From Vicinamibacteria bacterium (GTDB taxonomy: Bacteria > Acidobacteriota > Vicinamibacteria > Marinacidobacterales > Marinacidobacteraceae), in contig CBDATA010000001.1 of NCBI GenBank assembly GCA_965199715.1, forward strand, positions 128,001 to 192,000: a DNA stretch of 64,000 bases, in the 5' to 3' direction. The first letter of the stretch is position 1, and each line of letters opens with the position of its first letter. The position numbers and the translations under genes were made by a program. Below the pieces are notes generated by a model. That model searched no databases. It was given only the letters and a program-made list of their open reading frames with translations, and was not told where the DNA came from. Shown here piece after piece: positions 19,306 to 28,734 of this stretch.

Positions 19306-22155
19306 CTACAGCAGCCGGGCGAGGTACTCGGCGGGGTGCTCCGCCCGGACCCCGGCGAGGTCCAGGAGCTGGTGGCGGCAGGATGTCCCGGTCGCGACCA
19401 GCGCCTCCGAAGGGCCGAGCTTCCGCGCCACTGGAAGGAGCGCCCGTTCGCCGATGTCGCGCGACAGGTCGAAGTGGTCGCGCGTGTACCCGAAGCTCCC
19501 CGCCATGCCGCAGCACCCGGAGTCGAGCGCGGTCACCGGAGCTCCCGAGGCGCGCAGCGCGCCCTCGAGCGGCCCGCTTCCGCAAAACGCCTTCTGGTGG
19601 CAGTGGGCGTGCGCCGTGACCGGGCGGTCGGCGGCGCGGCTCCCGAACGTCTCCGCCGCCGCGTCCCTGTCGCGCTCGAGGAACTCGTCGAACAGCTGCG
19701 TCGCCTTCGCGACCGAAGCGGCCGCGTCGGTCGGGACGAGTTCCGGAATTTCGTCGCGGAACCCGAGGAGGCACGAGGGCTCGAGGCCGATGATCGGGAC
19801 GCCCGCCTGCGCGATGGGGGCGAGCGCGGCCACGCTCCTTCCGGCGAGCTTCCGGGCGCGGTCGAGCTGCCCCCGCGAGATGGCCGGACGCCCGCAGCAG
19901 CGCGCCGGGGCGAGCGCGACCCGGTAGCCGAGCGCCGCGAGCACCCGCGCCGCGGCGATCCCGACTCCCGGCTCGAAGAAGTTCGTGAACGTGTCCGGGA
20001 AGATCGCCGCCTCGCCCCGGGGCCGTTCCGGCTCGAGCGATCGCCGGTTCCGCCCGAACCACGCGACGAAGGTCTCCCGGGCCAGCGGCGGCACGCTGCG
20101 CTCCGGGTGGACGTCGAGCAGCCAGCGGGCGAGCCGCGAGCCGCCGAGACTCCGGGACAGCGGGCCGAACGCCCCGGCGAGGCGGGCGAGCGCATCGGGA
20201 GCGCCGAAGACCCGGTCGGCCAGCGAACGCCGGCGCGTCCGGTGGTAGTGGTGAAGAAAGTCCGACTTGAGCCGGGCCATGTCCACGCCCGACGGGCACT
20301 CGGCCTTGCACGCCTTGCACGAAAGGCACAGGTCGAGCGCGTCGCGGACCCGGTCCTCGGCCTCGGCCTCCGGCGCGAGCCGGCCGTCCAGCATGGCCCG
20401 CATCAGGTTCGCGCGGCCCCGGGTGGAGTGCTCCTCCTCGCGGGTGGCCATGAACGACGGGCACATCGTGCCGGCGCGCACCTTCCGGCAGACCCCGGCC
20501 CCGTTGCACAGCTCGACGGCGCGGGCGAACCCGCCCTCGCGCGGGTACGGGAACGCCGTCGGGAGTTCGATCGTCCGGTAGCCCTCGCCGTAGCGCAGGT
20601 TCTCGGCCATCGCCGGCGCGTCCACGACCTTGCCCGGATTCATGATCCCGAGCGGATCGAACGCCGCCTTCAGCCGCCGGAATCCCTCGTACACCCGGTC
20701 GCCGAAGATCTTCCGGCTGAAGTGGCTGCGCGCCAGTCCGTCTCCGTGCTCGCCGCTCATGGCGCCGCCGAACTCGAGCACCAGGTCGCAGATCTCGTCG
20801 GCGATCCGCTCCATCATGCGGATCTCCCCCGGGTCCTTCAGGTTGACCAGCGGACGGATATGAAGGCAGCCGGCCCCGGCGTGGGCGTAGAACGTGCCCT
20901 CGGTGCCGCGCCCCTCGAGGATCTCCTCGAAGCGCCGGATGAACTCGGGAAGCCGGTCGGGCTCGACCGCGGTGTCCTCCACGAATGCGATGGGCTTGCG
21001 GTCGCCCGGGAGGCTCAGCAGCAACGGAAGCGCCGCCTTGCGCACCTTCCAGACGTTGGCCTGCTCGGCGGGGTCCAGCATCCGCCGCATCGGCTGGCCG
21101 CGCCGGCCGAGCTTCCGCGCCAGGCGGTCGAACTTGGCCTCGACCTCGCCCGGAGTCTCTCCGGCGAACTCCACGAGGATGAGCGCCCCCGGCTGGCCCT
21201 CGACGAAGTGCAGGCGGCGCGCGTACTCGAGCGAGTCGCGGGCGAGTTCGAGGACCATGCGGTCCACGAGCTCCACGGCTGTCGGCCCGCATTCGAGCGC
21301 GACCACGCCGGCCTCGAGCGCCGGCAGCAGCGCGTCGAAGTGGAGCACCGCGAGACCGACCGACGGCGGCAGCGGATGGAGGCGGACGCTCGCCTCCACG
21401 ACGGTTCCGAGCGTTCCCTCGGACCCGACGATGAGGTGCGCGAGGTTGACGCCGTCCGGATCCAGCAGAAGGTCGAGGTTGTAGCCCGAAACCCGCCTGG
21501 GGATCCGGGGGAACTTCGCCCGGATGTCGTCGGCGAGCGTTTCCCGGAGTTCGAGGATCTCGCGCAGCACTCGGCCGACGACGCCGCCGTCCCCGGCGGC
21601 CCGACGGCGGACTTCGTCCCAGCCCATCCAGCCGAGCCGCTCGAGCGAGCCGTCGGACAGCACCGCGGTCACGTCGATGACGTTCTCGACGGTCTTCCCG
21701 TACACGAGCGAGCGGGCGCCGGCGGAGTTGTTTCCGATCATGCCGCCGAGGTTGGCCCGGTTCGACGTGGATGTCTCCGGACCGAAGCGCAGACCGGAGC
21801 GGGCGAGCTCGGCGGCGAATGCGTCCTGCACCACGCCGGGCTGGACCCGCGCCTCGAACTCCTCCCGGTTGATCTCGGGAACGTCGCGGAAGTGCTGCGA
21901 GAGGTCGAGGATCACGGCCTCGCCGACGGCCTGGCCGGCGAGCGAGGTTCCCCCGCCCCGCGGCAACACCGGGGCTCCGGCGTCGGCGGCGACCCGCACC
22001 GCCTCGACCACGTCCCCCGCATGGCGCGGGAACACCACGCCGAGCGGCTCGATCTGGTACATGCTCGCGTCGTTCGCGTACAGGATGCGCGTCGCCCGAT
22101 CGAAGCGGACGTCGCCCTCGATCCGGGCGGCGAGGTCGCGCGCGAGCTCGTTCAA
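19306..22155 (-). CDS. FAD-linked, Fe-S-binding oxidoreductase (D-2-hydroxyacid dehydrogenase, YdiJ/GlcDF fusion type)
   Basis: PRGGGTSLAGQ, GSEGTL, SGEHGDG, CNGAGVC..MCPS, CLSCKACKAECP and two CCG domains. Confidence 0.92.
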   Translation of the reverse strand: MNELARDLAARIEGDVRFDRATRILYANDASMYQIEPLGVVFPRHAGDVVEAVRVAADAGAPVLPRGGGTSLAGQAVGEAVILDLSQHFRDVPEINREEFEARVQPGVVQDAFAAELARSGLRFGPETSTSNRANLGGMIGNNSAGARSLVYGKTVENVIDVTAVLSDGSLERLGWMGWDEVRRRAAGDGGVVGRVLREILELRETLADDIRAKFPRIPRRVSGYNLDLLLDPDGVNLAHLIVGSEGTLGTVVEASVRLHPLPPSVGLAVLHFDALLPALEAGVVALECGPTAVELVDRMVLELARDSLEYARRLHFVEGQPGALILVEFAGETPGEVEAKFDRLARKLGRRGQPMRRMLDPAEQANVWKVRKAALPLLLSLPGDRKPIAFVEDTAVEPDRLPEFIRRFEEILEGRGTEGTFYAHAGAGCLHIRPLVNLKDPGEIRMMERIADEICDLVLEFGGAMSGEHGDGLARSHFSRKIFGDRVYEGFRRLKAAFDPLGIMNPGKVVDAPAMAENLRYGEGYRTIELPTAFPYPREGGFARAVELCNGAGVCRKVRAGTMCPSFMATREEEHSTRGRANLMRAMLDGRLAPEAEAEDRVRDALDLCLSCKACKAECPSGVDMARLKSDFLHHYHRTRRRSLADRVFGAPDALARLAGAFGPLSRSLGGSRLARWLLDVHPERSVPPLARETFVAWFGRNRRSLEPERPRGEAAIFPDTFTNFFEPGVGIAAARVLAALGYRVALAPARCCGRPAISRGQLDRARKLAGRSVAALAPIAQAGVPIIGLEPSCLLGFRDEIPELVPTDAAASVAKATQLFDEFLERDRDAAAETFGSRAADRPVTAHAHCHQKAFCGSGPLEGALRASGAPVTALDSGCCGMAGSFGYTRDHFDLSRDIGERALLPVARKLGPSEALVATGTSCRHQLLDLAGVRAEHPAEYLARLL

Positions 22156-22174
22156 GGGACGGCCGGCCCGGCGA

Positions 22175-22630
22175 TCACGCCGAACGGCCGCGGTCTCGTG
22201 GGTCGGACCCCATCATCCAGAAGAAGACCGCCGCCGCGACCGCCGCGAGCGGCGCGAACGCGGCCACGGCGCCGAAGCCGGTCTGGAGCAGCGGGAACCG
22301 GAGCAGCACGATTCCGGCGTTCAGGAGCGACGCCAGCACGAGCGCGAGAAACGCCCATTGCGCCCGCTTCCGCCGGTAGGGGAACAGCGCGATCGCGAGC
22401 ACGAGCACGCCGTAGGAGACCCCGAACGCGGCGGCGGTTCCGCGCCGGGCGGAGAGCGCGTTCGCGATCATCTCGTCGCCGCCCGCGAGCTCGGCGGGCG
22501 TGTACTGCCCGGCGATCAGGTCGGCTTCGGGATTGAAGTACGCGGCGTTCACCGAAAGCAGCGACGGGATCAGGAACATCACGCCGAGCAGCGTGAACAG
22601 GATCCAACTGAGAGTGTGGGCGCGCTTCAT
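22175..22630 (-). CDS. Hypothetical membrane protein (about 4 TM)
   Basis: 151 aa hydrophobic ORF starting 1 nt after the upstream stop; coding-like codon usage. Confidence 0.7.
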   Translation of the reverse strand: MKRAHTLSWILFTLLGVMFLIPSLLSVNAAYFNPEADLIAGQYTPAELAGGDEMIANALSARRGTAAAFGVSYGVLVLAIALFPYRRKRAQWAFLALVLASLLNAGIVLLRFPLLQTGFGAVAAFAPLAAVAAAVFFWMMGSDPRDRGRSA

Positions 22631-22631
22631 G

Positions 22632-24668
22632 TCACTGGGGTTCGCCGAGGTTCAGCGGCTCGGCGTCGACGAGCCGCACGGCCCAAAGGCCCGAGTTGTG
22701 GTCGGCGACGAAGATCGTTCCCTTGTGCGGCTGCGGCCCCCACGCCATGGCCGAGTTCGGGAGGAAGCTCTCGGGATCCTCGGCGAGGAAATGCGCGATC
22801 TCGCGCCCCTGCCGGTACAAGTCGCCCCGAAGCTCGCCGGAGATATCCACGACCCGGAGCCCGGCGTTGTAGTAGCCGACATAGAGGACGTCGTCCTCGA
22901 CCCAGAGGTTGTGGGTCCCCGCCTCGGGCACTTGGTAGCGGGCCACTTCCCTCGGCTCGTCCCACGTATCCCACTCGTAGATGTGGATCCAGCCGGCGGC
23001 GCGGTCGGGCGTACCCGCCTCCCCGATGGTCTGGTACGGGAACGCCTCGTCCCCGCCGATCATCAGGAACTTCCCGGTGGACTCGCTCCGGTAGGGATAC
23101 GCGGCGTGGTTCCAGCCGCTCGGGTGGGTCGCGCTCCCCATCAGCACCGGGTTGTTGGGCGCGCCGCCCATGCCCCCGCCGCCGACGTCCACCGCGACCA
23201 CGCCGTCGGCCCAGTTCGAGGAATAGGCGATTCCCTCGTGGACCCAGACGTCGTGGATCGAGTGCCCCGGCGTGTCCAGCTCGAAGCGCCCGACGCGGTA
23301 GGGATTCGCCGGATCCTCGGCGTTCAGGATGTCGTAGCGCCGGCCCGCCGAGAGCGCGTAGATGTGCTCCTCGGCGATGAACACGTTGTGCACCCCGCCG
23401 GTCAACTGGTCGTCGTAGCGGGCGATCACCGACACGCCGTTCGCCGGGTCGCTCACGTCGAGGATCACGAGGCCGTTCTTGCGGTTCGAGGCCCCTTCGC
23501 GGCTGATCACGCAGAACTGGCCGTCGCTCGAGATCTTCACGTCATTCACGGTGCGGGCGTCCACCCGGACCGCGTCGATGAGGGCCATCGCCCGGGGGTC
23601 GGTCACGTCCCAGAAGTAGGCGTGCCCGTCGGCGCCCCAGGTGCCGGTGACCGCGTAGTCCCGGCCGTCGGGTCCCTCCCATACCCACAGGTCGGACGTG
23701 TGGCGATCCCGAACCGGAGCCTGTCCGAGGATCTCGACGTCCTTCCGCACGTCGCGGGGCGCGACCTCGATGGCGCGGGACGCCGAGGTCGTGAAGCCGT
23801 CGGCGACCACCGTGTGGACGCCCGAGCGCTCCGCCACGAAGGCGCCGTCCTGCTCCACCTGCCCGATCGCGCCGGGCGCCACGATCGCGTCCGCCGGCGT
23901 CCCGAAGGTCGAGAACTGGACCGGGTAGTCAGGAACTGGATCGCCGCCGGCGTCGGTCGCCCGCGCCTCGAAGAACACGACGTCGCCGGTGCGCACCGGG
24001 CCGTCCGCGCTCGCCGCGAGGGTGAGCGAGACGACCGGGTTCGGGAGCACGGTCAGCGGGATCGAGGTCTCGACCGACTCGGACCCGACGGTGAGCGCGG
24101 CGGAGCCGGGAGCGACCAGCCGGAGCACGCCCAGCGCGTCCACTTGGGCCACCGAGGCGTCGTCGGCGCCCCAGCGGACCTCCACGTCCGGCCGGCCGGC
24201 GCCCGAGGAATCGGTGACCGCGGCCCGCAGGCCGATCTCGGTGCCCGCGTAGAGATGGGCCGGGAGGTTCGCGACTCCCACGTCGGCGACCGGGGGATTC
24301 GGGATCGTGACCGGAATCTCGACGAGGACCGCGGGCTCGGCGCGGCGGTCGGCCGCTTCCGCATCCTTCGGCACCATCGCGATCAGGGTGTGCTCGCCGG
24401 GGCGGTGCGCCTCGACGATCCCCGCGGGGTTCACCCCCACGAAACGGCGCTGCCGCGAGAAGTACACGACGGTGCGGTCCATGGGCTCGCCGTCGGCGTC
24501 GCGCACCTCGGCGCTGAGGGTCAGGGTCTCGCCGACCTCCAGCTCGACTTCGGACGGAGTCACGACGAGTTCGGCGGGCTCCGCCGCCTCCTCCTCCTGC
24601 GCGAACGCCGGCGCCGCCAGCAGGCAGAGGAGCGCCGGCAGCGCGGCCCGGATGCGACGGTCGGACAT
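22632..24668 (-). CDS. Secreted Ig-like (Big_2-type) + LVIVD-repeat beta-propeller protein, copy D
   Basis: Signal peptide MSDRRIRAALPALL..AFA-Q; Ig-like repeats; GLVILDVSDP and GLRVVDIS repeats; ends LGEPQ. Confidence 0.85.
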   Translation of the reverse strand: MSDRRIRAALPALLCLLAAPAFAQEEEAAEPAELVVTPSEVELEVGETLTLSAEVRDADGEPMDRTVVYFSRQRRFVGVNPAGIVEAHRPGEHTLIAMVPKDAEAADRRAEPAVLVEIPVTIPNPPVADVGVANLPAHLYAGTEIGLRAAVTDSSGAGRPDVEVRWGADDASVAQVDALGVLRLVAPGSAALTVGSESVETSIPLTVLPNPVVSLTLAASADGPVRTGDVVFFEARATDAGGDPVPDYPVQFSTFGTPADAIVAPGAIGQVEQDGAFVAERSGVHTVVADGFTTSASRAIEVAPRDVRKDVEILGQAPVRDRHTSDLWVWEGPDGRDYAVTGTWGADGHAYFWDVTDPRAMALIDAVRVDARTVNDVKISSDGQFCVISREGASNRKNGLVILDVSDPANGVSVIARYDDQLTGGVHNVFIAEEHIYALSAGRRYDILNAEDPANPYRVGRFELDTPGHSIHDVWVHEGIAYSSNWADGVVAVDVGGGGMGGAPNNPVLMGSATHPSGWNHAAYPYRSESTGKFLMIGGDEAFPYQTIGEAGTPDRAAGWIHIYEWDTWDEPREVARYQVPEAGTHNLWVEDDVLYVGYYNAGLRVVDISGELRGDLYRQGREIAHFLAEDPESFLPNSAMAWGPQPHKGTIFVADHNSGLWAVRLVDAEPLNLGEPQ

Positions 24669-24673
24669 GCCGG

Positions 24674-26707
24674 CTACTGCGGCTCGCCGAGGAAGACCGG
24701 CTCCTCGTCCACGAGGCGCACGGCCCACAGGCCCGAGTTCATGTCGCTCAGGTAGATGTTCCCCTTGAACGGCTGCGGCCCCCAGGTCATCGGAGCGTTG
24801 GGGATGTGGCCTTCGGGATCCTCGGGGAGGAAGTGCGCGATCTCCCGCCCCTGCCGGTAGAGGTCGCCCCGGAGCTCGCCCGAGATATCGACGACTCGAA
24901 GCCCGGCGTTGTAGTAGGCGACATAGAGGACGTCGTCCTCGACCCAGAGGTTGTGGGTCCCGGCCTCGGGCACCTGGTAGCGGGCGATCTCCCTCGGCTC
25001 GTCCCACTCGTCCCACTCGTAGAAGTGGATCCAGCCGGCGGCCCGCCCCGGCGTGCTCGCCGCGCGCATCGTCTGGTACGGGAACGCCTCGTCCCCGCCG
25101 ATCATCAGGAACTTCCCGGTGGACTCGCTCCGGTACGGGAAGGCGGCGTGGTTCCAGCCGCTCGGATAGGGAGTGCTGCCGAGCATGACCGGGTTGTTCG
25201 GCGCGCCGCCCATGCCGCCGCCGCCGACGTCCACCGCGACCACGCCGTCGCCCCAGTTGGACGAGTAGGCGACGCCCTCATGGACCCAGACGTCGTGGAT
25301 CGAGTGCCCCGGCGTGTCGAGCTCGAAGCGGCCGACCCGGTACGGGTTCGTCGGATCCTCGGCGTTCAGGATGTCGTAGCGCCGGCCGGCCGAGAGCGCG
25401 TAGATGTGCTCCTCCGCGATGAACACGTTGTGCACGCCGCCGCTCAACTGGTCGTCGTAGCGGGCGATCACCGTGACCCCGTTCAGCGGATCGCTCACGT
25501 CGAGGATCACGAGACCGTTCTTGCGGTTCGAGGCCCCTTCCCGGCTGATCACCGCGAACCTGCCGTCCTCGGAGACCTTGACGTCGTTCACCGTCCGGGC
25601 GTCCACGCGCACCGTGTCGATGAGCGCGATCGCCGACGGGTTCGTCACGTCCCAGAAGTAGGCGTGGCCGTCGGCGCTGTGGGTGCCGGTCACCGCGTAG
25701 TCGCGGCCGTCGGCGCCCTCCCAGACCCACAGGTCGGAGGTGCGGCGGTCGCGCACCGGCCCCCGGCCGACGACTTCCACGCCCTTCCGGACGTTGCGGG
25801 GAACCGCCTCGACGCTCGCCGCAACCGAGGTCGTGAAGCCGTCGGCGATCACCGTGTGGACGCCCGGACGCTCGGCGACGAACGCCCCGTCCTGGCCGAC
25901 CTGGCCGATCGCGCCGGCGGCCACGATTCCCGCGGCCGGCGCTCCCATCGTGGAGAACTGGACCGGATACTCGGGCACCGGATCGCCCGCGGCGTCGGTC
26001 ACGACGGCCTTGAAGAAGACCACGTCCCCGGTGCGCACCGGGCCCGCCTCGCTCGCCTCGAGGCTGATCGCGGCCGCCGGATTCTCCGCGACCGTCACGG
26101 GAATCTCGGCGCCCACCGACTCCGCGCCGACCGTCAGCGTGGTGGTTCCGGCGGAACGCAGCGTGAGCACGCCGAGCGCGTCCACGCTCGCCACCGAGGC
26201 GTCGCCGGTGCTCCAGCGAACCTCGACGTCGGTGCGCTTCGCCCCCGACGAGTCGGTCACGACCGGGCGCAGCCCCATTTCGGTGCCCGCGTAGAGCGCG
26301 CCGGGGAGGTTCGCGACCTCCACGTCGGCGACCGGCGGATTCGGGATCGTCACCGGGATCTCGAGCGTGACGGCCGGCTCGGCGCGGCGGTGGAGATCCT
26401 CGGGATCCTTCGGCACCATGGCGATCAGGGTGTGCGTCCCGGGGCGGTACGCCTCGACGATCCCCGCCGGGTTCACTCCGACGGCGCGCCGGGCGCGGGA
26501 GTAGAAGACGACCGAGCGTTCGATCGCCATGCCGTCGGCGTCCCGCACCTCGGCGGCGAGCGTCAGGGTCTCGCCGACCTCCAGCTCGACTTCGGACGGA
26601 GTGACGACGATTTCCGCCGGCTCGGGGGCGGCGGGCGCCTCCTCCTGCGCGGCCGCCTCCAGCCCGAAGGCGAGCGCGGCGAGAAACAGGATGCGATTCC
26701 GGGTCAT
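24674..26707 (-). CDS. Secreted Ig-like + LVIVD-repeat protein, copy C
   Basis: Starts MTRNRILFLAALAFGLEAAA-Q; same architecture; ends LGEPQ. Confidence 0.85.
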   Translation of the reverse strand: MTRNRILFLAALAFGLEAAAQEEAPAAPEPAEIVVTPSEVELEVGETLTLAAEVRDADGMAIERSVVFYSRARRAVGVNPAGIVEAYRPGTHTLIAMVPKDPEDLHRRAEPAVTLEIPVTIPNPPVADVEVANLPGALYAGTEMGLRPVVTDSSGAKRTDVEVRWSTGDASVASVDALGVLTLRSAGTTTLTVGAESVGAEIPVTVAENPAAAISLEASEAGPVRTGDVVFFKAVVTDAAGDPVPEYPVQFSTMGAPAAGIVAAGAIGQVGQDGAFVAERPGVHTVIADGFTTSVAASVEAVPRNVRKGVEVVGRGPVRDRRTSDLWVWEGADGRDYAVTGTHSADGHAYFWDVTNPSAIALIDTVRVDARTVNDVKVSEDGRFAVISREGASNRKNGLVILDVSDPLNGVTVIARYDDQLSGGVHNVFIAEEHIYALSAGRRYDILNAEDPTNPYRVGRFELDTPGHSIHDVWVHEGVAYSSNWGDGVVAVDVGGGGMGGAPNNPVMLGSTPYPSGWNHAAFPYRSESTGKFLMIGGDEAFPYQTMRAASTPGRAAGWIHFYEWDEWDEPREIARYQVPEAGTHNLWVEDDVLYVAYYNAGLRVVDISGELRGDLYRQGREIAHFLPEDPEGHIPNAPMTWGPQPFKGNIYLSDMNSGLWAVRLVDEEPVFLGEPQ

Positions 26708-28734
26708 TGGGGTTCTCCCAGATTCAGCGGCTCGGCGTCCACGAGCTTGACCGCCCATAGCCCCGAGCTGTTGTCGGCGATGAAGATGTGCCCCTTGTAG
26801 GGCTGCGGTCCCCAGACGAACGGCGTGTTCGGCTTGACCGTCTCGGGATCGAACGGGCGGAACATGGCGATCTCGCGGCCCTGGCGGTAGAGATCGCCCC
26901 GGAGCTCGCCGGAGATATCGACCACCCGCAGGCCGCCGTTGTAGTAGGCGACATAGAGGATGTCGCTCTCGACCCAGAGGTTGTGGGTTCCGGCCTCGGG
27001 CACCTGGTAGCGGGCCACTTCCTTCGGCTCGTCCCACTCGTCCCACTCGAAGATGTGGATCCAGCCCGCGGCGCGGCGCGGGGCCCGAGGGCCCTCCATG
27101 AGCTGGTGCGGGAACGCCTCGTCCCCGCCGATCATCAGGAACTTCCCGGTGGACTCGCTCCGGTACGGGAAGGCCGCGTGGTTCCAGCCGCTCGGGTAGG
27201 TCGCGCTCCCCATCTGCACCGGGTTGTTGGGCGCGCCGCCCTTGCCGCCGCCGCCGACGTCCACCGCGACCACGCCGTCGTTCCAGTTGGACGAGTACGC
27301 GATCCCGTCATGGACCCAGACGTCGTGGATCGAGTGACCGGGCGTGTCCAGCTCGAAGCGGCCCACCCGGTACGGGTTCGTCGGATCCTCGGCGTTCAGG
27401 ATGTCGTAGCGCCGGCCCGCCGAGAGCGCGTAGATGTGCTCCTCGGCGATGAAGACGTTGTGCACTCCGCCGGTCAACTGGTCGTCGTAGCGGGCGATCA
27501 CCGAAACCCCGGTCCGCATGTCGCTCACGTCGAGGATCACGAGGCCGTTCTTGCGGTTCGAGGCCCCCTCCCGGCTGATCACGCAGAACTTGCCGTCCTC
27601 GGAGACCTTCACGTCGTTCACCGTCCGGGCGTCCACCCGCACCGTGTCGATGAGCGAGATCGCCGCCGGATCGGTCACGTCCCAGAAGTAGGCGTGTCCG
27701 TCGGCGCTGTGCGTGCCGGTGACCGCGTAGTCGCGGCCGTCCGTCCCCTCCCAGACCCACAGGTCCGAAGTGCGGCGGTCGCGCACGGGGCCCCGGCCCA
27801 CGACCTCCACGTCCTTGCGGACCTTCCGCGACGTGACCTCCACGGTCGCGCTGGCCGAGTGGGTGAACCCGTCCACGACCACGGTGTGGATTCCCGACCG
27901 CTCGGCGACGAACGCGCCGCCGTCATCGACCTGGCCGATCGCGCCGGGCGCCACGATGCCCGTCGCCGGAACGCCGAACGTGGCGTAGAGCACCGGGTAC
28001 TCGGGAACCTCGGCGCCGGAAGCGTCCACGACCCGCGCCTCGAAGAAGACCACGTCGCCGGTGCGGACCGGCCCGTCGGGGGCTCCCGCAAGCGCGATGG
28101 AGGCGACCGGATTGGCCAACACCTCAATCGTGATCTCGCTCTCGGCCTCCTCGGCGGACACGGCGAGCGTCGTCGTTCCCGCGCCCACGAGCGTCAGCCC
28201 ACCGAAGGAGTCCACGGTGGCCACCGACGGATCGGCGGTCGTCCACTCGACCTCCACGTCGATCCGAGCCGCGCCCGAAGTGTCGGTCACCGACGGGCGG
28301 AGCCCGACTTCGGTTCCGGCGTAGAGGTGCCCGGGAAGGTTCGCAACGCCGACCGAGGCCACCGGGGGATTCGGGATCGTGACCGGAATCTCCACCGAGA
28401 CCGCCGGTTCCGCCCGGCGATGGTTGTCCTCCGGGTCCTTCGGCACCATGGCGATCAGGATGTGCTCCCCGGGCCGATAGGCCTCGACCACGCCGGCCGG
28501 ATTCACGCCCACCGAACGCCGCCGCCGCGAATAGAAGACGACGGTGCGGTCCATCGCGTTGCCGTCGGCGTCGCGCACCTCCGCCGCAAGCGTGAGGGAG
28601 TCCCCGACCTCGATCTCGACCTCGGACGGGGTGACGATCAGTTCGGCCGGCTGGGGGCCGGCGTCCGCTTCCTCCTCCTGCGCCAGCGCGAACGCGGGCA
28701 GGAGGGCGAGTGCGAGCGCGAGGCGCAGCATCAC
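26704..28734 (-). CDS. Secreted Ig-like + LVIVD-repeat protein, copy B
   Basis: Starts (V)MLRLALALALLPAFALA-Q; same architecture; ends LGEPQ. Confidence 0.85.
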   Translation of the reverse strand: MMLRLALALALLPAFALAQEEEADAGPQPAELIVTPSEVEIEVGDSLTLAAEVRDADGNAMDRTVVFYSRRRRSVGVNPAGVVEAYRPGEHILIAMVPKDPEDNHRRAEPAVSVEIPVTIPNPPVASVGVANLPGHLYAGTEVGLRPSVTDTSGAARIDVEVEWTTADPSVATVDSFGGLTLVGAGTTTLAVSAEEAESEITIEVLANPVASIALAGAPDGPVRTGDVVFFEARVVDASGAEVPEYPVLYATFGVPATGIVAPGAIGQVDDGGAFVAERSGIHTVVVDGFTHSASATVEVTSRKVRKDVEVVGRGPVRDRRTSDLWVWEGTDGRDYAVTGTHSADGHAYFWDVTDPAAISLIDTVRVDARTVNDVKVSEDGKFCVISREGASNRKNGLVILDVSDMRTGVSVIARYDDQLTGGVHNVFIAEEHIYALSAGRRYDILNAEDPTNPYRVGRFELDTPGHSIHDVWVHDGIAYSSNWNDGVVAVDVGGGGKGGAPNNPVQMGSATYPSGWNHAAFPYRSESTGKFLMIGGDEAFPHQLMEGPRAPRRAAGWIHIFEWDEWDEPKEVARYQVPEAGTHNLWVESDILYVAYYNGGLRVVDISGELRGDLYRQGREIAMFRPFDPETVKPNTPFVWGPQPYKGHIFIADNSSGLWAVKLVDAEPLNLGEPQ

